From contig CAWCKW010000003.1 of assembly GCA_963796285.1 (NCBI GenBank), positions 96,001 to 160,000 of the forward strand: a stretch of DNA of 64,000 nt, written 5' to 3'. Shown piece by piece: positions 40,853 through 49,894 of the stretch. Position numbers and translations under genes: made by a program. Position 1 is the stretch's first letter. Every line of letters starts with the position of its first letter. Source of the DNA: Nitrospirota bacterium. GTDB taxonomy: Bacteria > Nitrospirota > UBA9217. The notes below the pieces were generated by a model, which did not search any database, had not been told where the DNA came from, and worked only from the letters and a program-made list of their open reading frames with translations.

Positions 40853-41045
40853 GTGAGTCCTCCTTGAGCGAAGTAAGAAAATTCGGGTCATTCACGAAAA
40901 CGACCCGTTGATGATAAGCCGTGATACGCATAATACGACGGTATGAGGCGTTTTGAACCGGATATCACCTCCTCATGTGTAAACTGGAACTAACCATGAA
41001 GTCCGTCCTGAGCGTAAACAGGGAACGGTGTGGAGCAAGTGTAGT

Positions 41046-41074
41046 AACTTAGCAAAAACCGCGTTTCCTGTCAA
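41046..41074 (-). promoter_or_regulatory. Sigma70-type promoter of the tusA-yeeE operon
   Basis: Minus strand TTGACA-17 nt-TAAGTT with an extended TG. Confidence 0.65.
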
Positions 41075-41151
41075 GACTCCTTTTTACGATTTCACGCCTT
41101 TGCCACAGTGAAATCCTCTATTTGATATTATTATGACCTTGCATGAATCGC

Positions 41152-41538
41152 TTATAGCAGCGACAAGAGGGTCAGTGCGATGACGAGGGCGAGCAGGCCG
41201 AAGGCAACGAGTACGGGGATTTTCCTCTCCCGGAGCCCGGCTGATGGAGACCTGTCGAGGAACGGCGTTAGCAACAGTGCGCTGAACGCGAGACCCGGCA
41301 GCAACACGGCGCCAACAAACGTCCATCCGCCGGAAAAGTACTTGGTGAGCTGATACAGAAAAAGAAAATACCATTCAGGCCGCGGGCTGTACTGGGCGGA
41401 GAAGTCTATCTCCCTGCCGATCGGCGGCGGAAACAGGACGGCGAGGAGCAGCACCGCCTCGACCGTGAACATTGCCACGAGCATGATCTCGAAAAAGGAA
41501 TAGGGATAGAATTTTTTATCGTTTTTACTATCTGGCAT
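41152..41538 (-). CDS. Cytochrome b C-terminal subunit (subunit IV-like)
   Basis: FYP, PRPEWYFLFLYQL, PFLDRS; three TM segments. Confidence 0.9.
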   Translation of the reverse strand: MPDSKNDKKFYPYSFFEIMLVAMFTVEAVLLLAVLFPPPIGREIDFSAQYSPRPEWYFLFLYQLTKYFSGGWTFVGAVLLPGLAFSALLLTPFLDRSPSAGLRERKIPVLVAFGLLALVIALTLLSLL

Positions 41539-41597
41539 GCCAATCCTGTGTGAAGCAAAATACGGTTCGTGGAGCATTCGCCTGACTACTCCTGACG

Positions 41598-42242
41598 CTA
41601 CATTCCCCCTGATATCCCCAGCCTCCGAAGGATATGGAAATGGACCCAGAGAAAAAACACCGTCAAGACCGGGAACCAGAGTATGTGCATACTGTAAAAA
41701 CGGAGGAGCGTCTGGCCTGTCACCTCTGTGCCGCCGCGTACCAGGGCGGCGAGATGCGGCCCGAAGAGCGGCATTGACCGGAGCATGTTGGTCCCCACCA
41801 CCGTTGCCCAGTACGCCTTCTGGTCCCAGGGAAGCAAGTAGCCCGTAAAACCGAACGCCAGCGTCATCGCCAACAGCAGGGCGCCTGCGACCCAGTTCAG
41901 TTCTCTCGGATTTTTGTAGGAGCCGGTGATGAAAACCCTGAGCATGTGGAGAAGGACCATCACGACCATGAGGTTCGCGGCCCAGTGGTGAATTGAATGG
42001 AGAAGTCCGCCGAGCGGCACGGTCTGGTGCAGACGCTGAATGCTGGGGTACGCCTCCGCCTCAGACGGGATGTAGTGAATAGACAACAGCAGACCGGTCA
42101 GGAGCTGCACGATGAACAAAGTGAACGTGACGCCGCCGAAGCAGTAAAAATAGTTGATCCACCCCGGCACCGGCTTGTCCATCACTCTCCGGTGTCTGCT
42201 GGTGATCCCCATGCGGGCATTGAGATAGTCGAGAATTCTCAT
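41598..42242 (-). CDS. Cytochrome b6-type subunit
   Basis: YCFGG, HHWAANLMV..V.LHMLRV, GFTGYLLPWDQKAYWA, RFYSMH...P........HF. Confidence 0.94.
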   Translation of the reverse strand: MRILDYLNARMGITSRHRRVMDKPVPGWINYFYCFGGVTFTLFIVQLLTGLLLSIHYIPSEAEAYPSIQRLHQTVPLGGLLHSIHHWAANLMVVMVLLHMLRVFITGSYKNPRELNWVAGALLLAMTLAFGFTGYLLPWDQKAYWATVVGTNMLRSMPLFGPHLAALVRGGTEVTGQTLLRFYSMHILWFPVLTVFFLWVHFHILRRLGISGGM

Positions 42243-42246
42243 CGTG

Positions 42247-42699
42247 CTAGACCTTGACCCCGACGAACAACGTACCGTCCTCTATCTTCAGGGGGTACCG
42301 CGTCAGCGGCGCGGGAGGCGGGCCGGCAATGTTCCTGCCGGTCAGATCATACCGCCCCCCATGGCAGGGACAGACGAACTCATGCTTTTCCTTGTGATAA
42401 TTTACGAGACATCCGAGGTGAGAGCAGGTGGCGGAGAACACGTCAGGACCATCGGGAGACGAGACGATAAAGACCCTGGCTTTTCTTTCCTTGCCCTGGA
42501 CAGCAAACGTAAGCTCCGCCTTTTTCACACCGACCCGCGGGATCTCCTCCTCGGCAAGGAGCGGGAAATAGGCCAGCTCCTTATCACGGCTCTTGATGGG
42601 CGCAACTATCGTGGCAGCGGGGACCAGGAACCCAAACCCGAGCAGAACGAGCACCCCGGTGAGCGCCTTTTTGATGAAATCCCGTCGGCTGGTTTCCAT
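42247..42699 (-). CDS. Rieske [2Fe-2S] protein with a Tat signal
   Basis: SRRDFIK; CSHLGC; CPCHGGRY; GPPPAPL. Confidence 0.94.
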   Translation of the reverse strand: METSRRDFIKKALTGVLVLLGFGFLVPAATIVAPIKSRDKELAYFPLLAEEEIPRVGVKKAELTFAVQGKERKARVFIVSSPDGPDVFSATCSHLGCLVNYHKEKHEFVCPCHGGRYDLTGRNIAGPPPAPLTRYPLKIEDGTLFVGVKV

Positions 42700-42834
42700 G
42701 GGTTATCATATTACGACAGAGTGGGGAAGGGAGTCAATCGCAATTCTCTGATCTCATGAACAAATATGCAATCTTCCCTGCTGAGTTTTCTTTTTCGTGC
42801 CTGTGGACAATGCTGTCATGGGAGGGAAAGCACC

Positions 42835-43464
42835 CTACTGCGGATTATAGCCAGCCGGGCAATTATTGAAACTGCCGATCTGAAAAGTGGATTGCGCAGT
42901 AACCGAAAAGCTTACGCCGTTTTCACTATGCCCTTCGAAGGTATAGGTGGCGATGTAATTGTTGAGATAGCCGGGGCTTGATTGATAGGCGCCGGACTGC
43001 ATATCGGCCAGATACTTGTTTTTTCGCACCAGATCAACAAACGTTGCTGATGTCTCGACCGAAACAGTGCTAGCGCCGCTCACCAGGAAGCTGAGCGCCA
43101 TTTCCCGGCTGTCCGCCTGAATGAGAGGTGCGCCGGGCGAATCCGCAGAGCTATTGTAATTAATGGTGTATCGATCTAGTGAGACGGTCATATCCTTGAT
43201 AATATTACCCGGGTTGATAAGACGCGCGCTGAACGTCACCGTTGCGCCATGGTCCGCAAAATATTCAGCTTGCGTTGAACTCCCGCTCACACATGTATCC
43301 TGGACAGCGTCAACTGACGTTGTGCTGACCGCATTGTAGGTCGGCGTTATCATTGCGCTCACGGTAACACCCGGGCTGTCTTTACTGCCTCCTCCGCAGC
43401 CTCCCAGCAGAAGCGCGTTGAAGAGAATGCCGATGATCAAATAGTAGGGAAGTGTCATCTTCAT
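42835..43464 (-). CDS. Lipoprotein downstream of the secretin (possible pilotin or accessory factor)
   Basis: Lipobox LGGC; beta-rich sequence; position after the secretin. Confidence 0.6.
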   Translation of the reverse strand: MKMTLPYYLIIGILFNALLLGGCGGGSKDSPGVTVSAMITPTYNAVSTTSVDAVQDTCVSGSSTQAEYFADHGATVTFSARLINPGNIIKDMTVSLDRYTINYNSSADSPGAPLIQADSREMALSFLVSGASTVSVETSATFVDLVRKNKYLADMQSGAYQSSPGYLNNYIATYTFEGHSENGVSFSVTAQSTFQIGSFNNCPAGYNPQ

Positions 43465-43500
43465 ACCGAATCCTCTAAATCCCGCATCGCGGCCCTGTGT

Positions 43501-44862
43501 TTATTCCTTGACAATCGTCGGCGTGATGAAGATCATGAGCTCATCCTGGTTTTCAAACTTGCTCTTCTTCTTGAAGAGCCAACCAATGACCGGGATCTTC
43601 GACAGGAGCGGGACAGCAGACTCGGACTGGCCCTCGCTCTTGGTGAGGATGCCGCCGAGCACGACCGTCTCACCGTCATTCACCACCAGCTCTGAGTTTG
43701 CATTCCGTTTCGTGATCGTCGGGATATTGTCAACCTGCCGGGAAAAGTCGGGTTCCGACTTCTCCACCTTGATCGCAAGGGTGATCCGGCCGTCCTGGGC
43801 GATCGTCGGCGTGGTCGACAGCATCAAGCTCGTGGAAATGATCTGGACCTGCGCGGAGGTGCCGGCCGTCGTCGTGGTCAGCACCCGGACCGGGATATCG
43901 ATACCGCTCGATATTTTCGCTTCCTTATTATTCATCGTCATGACCTTCGGGCTCGACAGGATCTTCCCGTTCCCCGTGGTCTGCATGGCGGACAGCTGCA
44001 GATCAAGCGAGAGAGCGCCGCCCAATTTGCCGAAGGAGATCCCGATCGCGCCGCCGGAGCCGCTCCCCACCGCTGCCGGCAGGTTCACGGCATAGGCATT
44101 GCCGCTCAGGCCGATGTCACCGGTCAGGGGATAAAACGTACTGCTGCCGATTGTGGAGCTTGCAGAGCCGCTCGTCGAACTACTGGAGCCCGAGGCGCCG
44201 CCGGTCACGACGGTCGTTCCCTTGCCGTTGGTGCTTGAGTACTGTCCTCCCCACTGCACCCCCAACTCCCGCGCGTAATTGCTCGACACCTCGACGATCT
44301 TCGCCTCGATCAGGACCTGCGGCATTTTTACATCGAGGCTCTTGAGCAAACGCGCCATCTGGTCGATATTGAGCGAAAGATCTCTTACCACGAGCGCATT
44401 CATCCTGCTGTCAACCGAAATCCTCGCTTTCTCGCTTTTCACCCCGGTCACGATGGGAAGAACATCCTGACTGCTGGCATGTCCGAGGGGAAAGACCCTG
44501 GTCTCCATATCATTGTCCCGCACCTCGGCCAGTGATAGTATGCGGACCATATTGGCATCCCTCACGTAGGTGAGCCCCTTGGTTTTCAAAATAGACTCGA
44601 GGGCGTTCCAGATATCGACATTCTTAATGCTCAGGGAGACCTTTCCGCTCACCCCATCGCTCACGATCATGTTCAGGTTCGCCGCCTGTCCCACGGCCCT
44701 TAGCACGTCCTTGATCTCAGCATCCCTGAACTCCATGGAGAACTCTGAATGCGTTCTTTTAATGTCTACCGTCTGGGCATGCGCCGGCGCGGCGATCAGC
44801 CACAGGGCAAGGCCCGCGAGCGTCGCCAGACGAAACAGGGATTGGGATGTACAGGGAACCAT
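43501..44862 (-). CDS. pilQ: Type IV pilus secretin (PilQ/MshL-like)
   Basis: STN domain; QVLIEAKIVEV, LSSPKV, GETVVLGG, VPLLSKIPVIGWLFK, ELMIFITP.IV. Confidence 0.92.
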   Translation of the reverse strand: MVPCTSQSLFRLATLAGLALWLIAAPAHAQTVDIKRTHSEFSMEFRDAEIKDVLRAVGQAANLNMIVSDGVSGKVSLSIKNVDIWNALESILKTKGLTYVRDANMVRILSLAEVRDNDMETRVFPLGHASSQDVLPIVTGVKSEKARISVDSRMNALVVRDLSLNIDQMARLLKSLDVKMPQVLIEAKIVEVSSNYARELGVQWGGQYSSTNGKGTTVVTGGASGSSSSTSGSASSTIGSSTFYPLTGDIGLSGNAYAVNLPAAVGSGSGGAIGISFGKLGGALSLDLQLSAMQTTGNGKILSSPKVMTMNNKEAKISSGIDIPVRVLTTTTAGTSAQVQIISTSLMLSTTPTIAQDGRITLAIKVEKSEPDFSRQVDNIPTITKRNANSELVVNDGETVVLGGILTKSEGQSESAVPLLSKIPVIGWLFKKKSKFENQDELMIFITPTIVKE

Positions 44863-44920
44863 AGTCACCTCCGGGCGAGCCAATGGAATCTCGGGAGTCC
44901 GGGGGTTGAGACGGCTTCGC

Positions 44921-44966
44921 CTTCAGACCCCTCAGACTCCATAAACTCAACAGACTCGATAGACTC
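44921..44966. repeat. Five tandem degenerate 9-mers
   Basis: CAGACCCCT CAGACTCCA TAAACTCAA CAGACTCGA TAGACTC. Confidence 0.7.
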
Positions 44967-44972
44967 TCTTCC

Positions 44973-45395
44973 TCACTTGTTCATGGTAAAATCTTTAAGG
45001 AACACTTCTTCTCTCTCGCCGGCGGCGCTCATGAACACCACGCTCCGACTGCGGATGTCCACCAGCTTCTTGTCGCCGACCTTTGCTCCTACCTGATACG
45101 TCTCGCCGCCGATAATGGCCAGCCGGACGTCCTCGCTGAAAATAATTCCGGTCAGTACAAGGCCGGGGCCAGGCGAAGGAGCCATTTTCTGCTCCGGCCG
45201 TTTACCTGCCAGAGGATTATTGAAGGGGTCTCTGCCCCAGGAGTCGTCTCCGGAAGGCGGGCCCGGGGCGGTCGCAACAGGCCTGCCCGCGGAGGGATGA
45301 AAGGGGTCTTTCTCCGCTGCACCTTCCAGCGCCTGGACCGCAGTCGTGAAGATGACCGCCACGGTCATTATGATATATATTAGTCCCTTAAGCAT
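44973..45395 (-). CDS. PilP/MshK-like protein
   Basis: DPF motifs; L.LTGII....RLAII.G..Y.VG. Confidence 0.7.
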   Translation of the reverse strand: MLKGLIYIIMTVAVIFTTAVQALEGAAEKDPFHPSAGRPVATAPGPPSGDDSWGRDPFNNPLAGKRPEQKMAPSPGPGLVLTGIIFSEDVRLAIIGGETYQVGAKVGDKKLVDIRSRSVVFMSAAGEREEVFLKDFTMNK

Positions 45396-45470
45396 AAGTT
45401 CAAATTCACAAAACGTTTCAATGCCCCTGTGCTGTTCCGCGCTCCGTATTCTGTAATCCGAAATAGGTTC

Positions 45471-46025
45471 TCACTTCGCCATATACGTGACCGCCTCGAT
45501 CTGGGCTGCGCACACTGAAGACGCATCGGGGCAGGATTCAATGCGTATCTTGCGGACGTTCACGACCGTGGGCAGGCTCTCAAGGCGCTTGAAATATTCT
45601 CCCAGCTCGCGGTAGCGGCCTTTGAGGTCGATATTCATAGAAAGTTCTTTGTACTTCTCCTTGGTGGTTTCCCGGGCGGGATGGATCTCCACCAGATTGA
45701 CCCCCATGCGGCGCGCGGCGCCGGACACATCCTCGAGGAACAGGATAGCGCTCTTCTGGTCGGCCAGGTCCCATCCTGCTGAAGCCGACATATCAATGGA
45801 TGCGCGACGTTTGAGCTCAACCATTTGCGCCGTCTGGTCAAGAAGATCATTCTCACTGTTGCGAATGTTCGTCTGGACGGAAGATACTGACCGCACCAGC
45901 ATATCATAGGGCACTTGATAGAACAGCCATGAAAGCGTACAGAACAGGGTGACCGTGGCAATAATACGCTCCCGCTTCGTGAGTTTCCGCCAATAGTCAA
46001 CAAGTGACCGCTTATCAGCCATCAC
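45471..46025 (-). CDS. PilO/MshJ-like protein
   Basis: LTKRER followed by a TM; LKGRYRELGEYF..LE.LP. Confidence 0.8.
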   Translation of the reverse strand: MMADKRSLVDYWRKLTKRERIIATVTLFCTLSWLFYQVPYDMLVRSVSSVQTNIRNSENDLLDQTAQMVELKRRASIDMSASAGWDLADQKSAILFLEDVSGAARRMGVNLVEIHPARETTKEKYKELSMNIDLKGRYRELGEYFKRLESLPTVVNVRKIRIESCPDASSVCAAQIEAVTYMAK

Positions 46026-46594
46026 CGCGCCTCCTGCGCTTTTTTCATGCCGCAGATGATCTCAAAGCCAACCATGTCCTGCCCCTGGACCACGGCCTTC
46101 TGAGCATAGGAAAGCTCCGGATCTTCGAAATACCCTGATTTTTCCATGGAACGCATAAAATCGGCTATCGAGAGATAGCTTAATGCGCCCCCCTTGATCC
46201 TGATCTGTGCCTTGCCGTCGGCAATGCCTTCCAGGTAATCGAACCAAAGGCCTTTGGGGACAATGAGCGAAAGCTGTTTGAATACCCGCGACCACTGCAC
46301 CCGCTCCTTCAATATATCCTGGATCAACGCGGCCTTGTCCCGCGTCATTCCCGTTGGTGAAACGATCGCAAGCTCTTTACGCAAGGCGTCCATCTGCTGC
46401 AGGAGTGTCTGCTTCTGAGCGTTCAGGGCGGCAAGCCGGTTTTGCGACATCGCGTACTGCCGCGCCTGCAAGCCGAACAATACCAGCCACACCAGTATGA
46501 ACAGCATGGCCAGAAGAACACCCCACGTCGCAAAGGGAGAGGATTTCTTTTCCTCCTGGGGCAGCAGATTGATATAGTCTTTTACCGGTTTCAT
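46022..46594 (-). CDS. pilN: PilN-like protein
   Basis: INLLP, TM, coiled coil, LS..VP.GLWF, F...ME.S.YF. Confidence 0.85.
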   Translation of the reverse strand: MKPVKDYINLLPQEEKKSSPFATWGVLLAMLFILVWLVLFGLQARQYAMSQNRLAALNAQKQTLLQQMDALRKELAIVSPTGMTRDKAALIQDILKERVQWSRVFKQLSLIVPKGLWFDYLEGIADGKAQIRIKGGALSYLSIADFMRSMEKSGYFEDPELSYAQKAVVQGQDMVGFEIICGMKKAQEAR

Positions 46595-46668
46595 GATATT
46601 TTTATTTTTTCATCCTGCCGCTGCTTTTGAGAAAACCGACCCGGACATGCCGGAACTAAAAGCGAATA

Positions 46669-47694
46669 TTAAACTTTTCTCAGCGCCAGCCCAATGGCCG
46701 CCGAAAACCGCGGCGCAACAGGTCCGAACTCCTCCAGCATGTTCTTCTTACTTGACAGGCAGTCAAAAGGCTGGTCGATCTCCACCCCATGCTCCAGAGA
46801 TCGCTCACAATATTCCGCCGTCCCCTGCATGAGCGAAACGCCGCCGCTCAAGATCATGCTCTCCACGTTTTTCTCCCGGAACGTGGTTTTATAGTATTCA
46901 ACCGACCGGCGGATCTCCATGAGCAGACCGTCGAGCCGCGATTGGACCGCCTCGATCGCCTTGTCCTTGCCGGCCGGGGTAAGAACGTTCAGGGCACGCT
47001 TCTTGTCTTCCGCCTCCTGCAAACCGATGCCCAGCGTATCGGCGATGGCGCGCGTCATGTCCAGCCCGCCGCTCTCGATACAACGGCTGAAGCGGAGGAT
47101 CCCGCCCTTGAAAATATTGATCTCGGTCTTGCCTGCGCCGAGGTCCACGACGAGGGTGTTTGCGTCAACGGGGATCTCGCGGAACCGGAGGACATTGCGG
47201 AGCGACAGCGCGTTGGCGTCCACGGCTGAGACTTTGATCTTCGCTTCCTGGAACGGCATCAGATGCTCAAGCACTTTTCCCCGTTCAGCGGCCACCATAA
47301 CGAGGTCGTACTTCTCCACCGTGCCTTCTCTTTTTTCATCGACAATAAGGTATTCGATCTGGGCGGCATCGACAGGATACGAAATATGCCGCTTTGCCTC
47401 CCAGCGGACCGCCTCGCGCAGCTCGTTGAGCGGCATCTTGGGCAGGGTGAGCGAGCGGATTGTCAGGTGCTTGCCGGGCATCAGGGTAACGATGTTGTTG
47501 CTGCCGATCTTCTTGCCGGCCTGGAGATGGCGGAGATCTGCGCTGATGCTCATGGCCTGGGCCTGGTCGGGCGGAAACTCCATAAGCACTGCCGACAAAA
47601 GCTTCGGACGCTTCCCGCTCTTCGCGATGCGCACGACCTTGATGCTTCCCGCGCCGATATCGATGCCCGTTATGTCGTTTGAAAAGAATCCCAT
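46669..47694 (-). CDS. pilM: Type IV pilus assembly protein PilM
   Basis: GIDIG..SIKVV, VDLGA..T, EIRRS.EYY, LSGG, AIGLALR. Confidence 0.92.
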   Translation of the reverse strand: MGFFSNDITGIDIGAGSIKVVRIAKSGKRPKLLSAVLMEFPPDQAQAMSISADLRHLQAGKKIGSNNIVTLMPGKHLTIRSLTLPKMPLNELREAVRWEAKRHISYPVDAAQIEYLIVDEKREGTVEKYDLVMVAAERGKVLEHLMPFQEAKIKVSAVDANALSLRNVLRFREIPVDANTLVVDLGAGKTEINIFKGGILRFSRCIESGGLDMTRAIADTLGIGLQEAEDKKRALNVLTPAGKDKAIEAVQSRLDGLLMEIRRSVEYYKTTFREKNVESMILSGGVSLMQGTAEYCERSLEHGVEIDQPFDCLSSKKNMLEEFGPVAPRFSAAIGLALRKV

Positions 47695-47777
47695 AGCATT
47701 TAAGATGCGACCTTGTCCTTAATAAATCCTAACGGTGAACAGGGGGCAACCTTGCACCTGTACCTGTCTACTGCCTG

Positions 47778-48014
47778 CTAATTCTTCTCCGTCTTGAGCT
47801 CTTCCGAAGCCATCTGGTACGCCACCTTGTGTTTGTACCCGCGCCGCAAATATTTCCAGATCGCCCGAATACGCTCGAAGTCCTGCTTGCTGTATTCCCG
47901 TGCCTCGAGGTCGCCCATGGGGATGCGTTTCGGGCTGATATACCCCTTCTGCTCCAGGTAGTAGAGCTTGTGTCTCGGGATCTCGAGCTTGCTGATGATT
48001 TCTGATGTCTTCAT
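47778..48014 (-). CDS. Stand-alone MerR-type HTH protein
   Basis: IPRHKLYYLEQKGYI.P.R.....REYS..D; 78 aa with no sensor domain; upstream TTGACA-17 nt-TATCCT. Confidence 0.8.
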   Translation of the reverse strand: MKTSEIISKLEIPRHKLYYLEQKGYISPKRIPMGDLEAREYSKQDFERIRAIWKYLRRGYKHKVAYQMASEELKTEKN

Positions 48015-48029
48015 GTACCTTCTCCCTGA

Positions 48030-48087
48030 CAGGGACTGAATCTAAGAATAAGCTTGAATTTAAGTTTAGGTTTGAGTTTGAGTCTAT
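48030..48087. repeat. Degenerate hexamer tandem repeat
   Basis: TTTAAG TTTAGG TTTGAG TTTGAG and flanking variants. Confidence 0.55.
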
Positions 48088-48182
48088 TTTTCTATAGATT
48101 GGGAGAAGGATAGACAATATTCGCGTATTTGTCAAGAAGAAAGGTATTTTTAGCGATTATTTTTTTAAAGAGCAAGGTCGAT

Positions 48183-49880
48183 TTACTTTAAATCCTCGTG
48201 CCAGATGCCGGTGTCAGTCGAGTTCGGTCCGCTGGAGTCAAATGGGTTGACGATCACCGCCGTTTGTTTGACTCTGGTCACCGCCGGAACCGCATCATCA
48301 ACGATCGTTACGGTGAAGGTATAGGTTCCGGATGTAGTCGGCGTGTGCGAAAAGAGCAGATAAAAATCGCCGTCATACCCCCCTGGCGGAATATAATCGG
48401 CAGGGGCCTGGGCCGTAAACGTGGTTGACCCCGCGGATCTTAACCAAAGGTCGTCAGGGGTATGCGCCATATTAGTCACCAGAGCATCGCCATCATCGAC
48501 AAAGGTCCAGCCGGCGGGGATGCCAATGTTCACTATTCTTACGTTGGAGCAGGCAAAGTTCGTAATATTCCAGTCGAGCTCGAGATTAGTGCTGTCAGCG
48601 GTTATACTGCTGGTATTTGTTACGTCGGGGGGAGGTGCGATGTACCCGTCCACATCCTGTGAAGGAGAGACCACGGTAGCGGTCGTGTAACCTCCGGTCG
48701 CTGTTGCATTGCCTTGGACAGCATAGATATCATTCGGGTTGCCTGAAACGGTTGCGGCCCAGGTAAACATTCTGGAGCTGCCCGTGGGTAACGATATCGG
48801 AGTCTGTACTGCCGGGTTGAATGGACCGAACACGACTGTCGGAACCGTTGGTGGCACTGCAGGAGTCAGCGCTGAGGGTTGGACATTGTTCAGTGTGCCA
48901 CCTGTTGTGTTTGTCACCGTCATCGTAAAGGTTGTTGTGTCGCCCGAATAGAGGCAAATCTGGCTATTCGATATCGATGCGGATAATCCACAGCTGATCC
49001 CGGCGGCAACAGTTACCGAGGTTGAAACCGTACTTGACGTTCTTGTGCTGCCGCTCGTTGTTGTACAGTTGGCTCCACCCGAACGCGCACAACCGGTGAA
49101 CGTAACTGACTGCCCGGTTGATCCGGTAATTTTATAGACCCAGACGATATCCCCGCTGGGACCGGCGGTCGAAAGCGGCAGGGTTGCGGGGCTTGGGCCG
49201 CTAACCAAGGTGGCAGTAGCACTGCCCGAAGGAGTTTGGAGAACCGGAGTGATCGTTAATGGGGTGGTTGTAGAGTATTTAGTTATGTGCATTGTTAAAG
49301 TCGTGGTGCAACCGGAACCGGGGCTGGCGGGTACCGCCGTCAGGGTTATGCCCAATGTTTTCCATGTCCATCTGGCGGCAGTAGCGGTATTAGCGCTCGT
49401 ACTGGTGCGTCCATTTGTCCGATAATATGTCGCTGTAACTCGGCTGAAACCGACGATGATGTCGTACGTTGTGGCAACACTTCTGATATTCAACGTAAAG
49501 TCCTGATAATTCGGCGAGGAATTCGGTATCCTGTTTGGGCCGGCTGTTCGATTCGTTGCACACGTGACCTGGGTTGAGGAATTCCTCGTGCAAGTCCAAC
49601 CATTCGCTTGTACGGGTTGTGTTGTTGGAAACGAGGTGTATGTTGCCGATATCTGGAACACGATCTGATAAATTTGATCTGTGCTATTAGTCCCCCCGGG
49701 CGCATTCGTTGATTGAAAGCGCACATTGATCGGATGATCGACGGTGCCGTCCATGTTAAACTCGGCAGCCGACGTATTGGTCACAGTAAAAGTACGAGCA
49801 GCCTCCGCAGGGGATTGCCAGAGACAAAGCGCAACGCCGATGCTAATTAATAAAAGTATCTTCTTCAGCAGCATCTTCAT
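48183..49880 (-). CDS. Secreted Thr/Ser-rich multi-beta-sandwich protein, putative pilus adhesin at the MshQ position
   Basis: Signal peptide AEA-A; beta-strand-rich modules with Cys pairs; C-terminal WHE like the W.E tail of pilus tip proteins. Confidence 0.6.
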   Translation of the reverse strand: MKMLLKKILLLISIGVALCLWQSPAEAARTFTVTNTSAAEFNMDGTVDHPINVRFQSTNAPGGTNSTDQIYQIVFQISATYTSFPTTQPVQANGWTCTRNSSTQVTCATNRTAGPNRIPNSSPNYQDFTLNIRSVATTYDIIVGFSRVTATYYRTNGRTSTSANTATAARWTWKTLGITLTAVPASPGSGCTTTLTMHITKYSTTTPLTITPVLQTPSGSATATLVSGPSPATLPLSTAGPSGDIVWVYKITGSTGQSVTFTGCARSGGANCTTTSGSTRTSSTVSTSVTVAAGISCGLSASISNSQICLYSGDTTTFTMTVTNTTGGTLNNVQPSALTPAVPPTVPTVVFGPFNPAVQTPISLPTGSSRMFTWAATVSGNPNDIYAVQGNATATGGYTTATVVSPSQDVDGYIAPPPDVTNTSSITADSTNLELDWNITNFACSNVRIVNIGIPAGWTFVDDGDALVTNMAHTPDDLWLRSAGSTTFTAQAPADYIPPGGYDGDFYLLFSHTPTTSGTYTFTVTIVDDAVPAVTRVKQTAVIVNPFDSSGPNSTDTGIWHEDLK

Positions 49881-49894
49881 GGCGTCCTCCTTCG

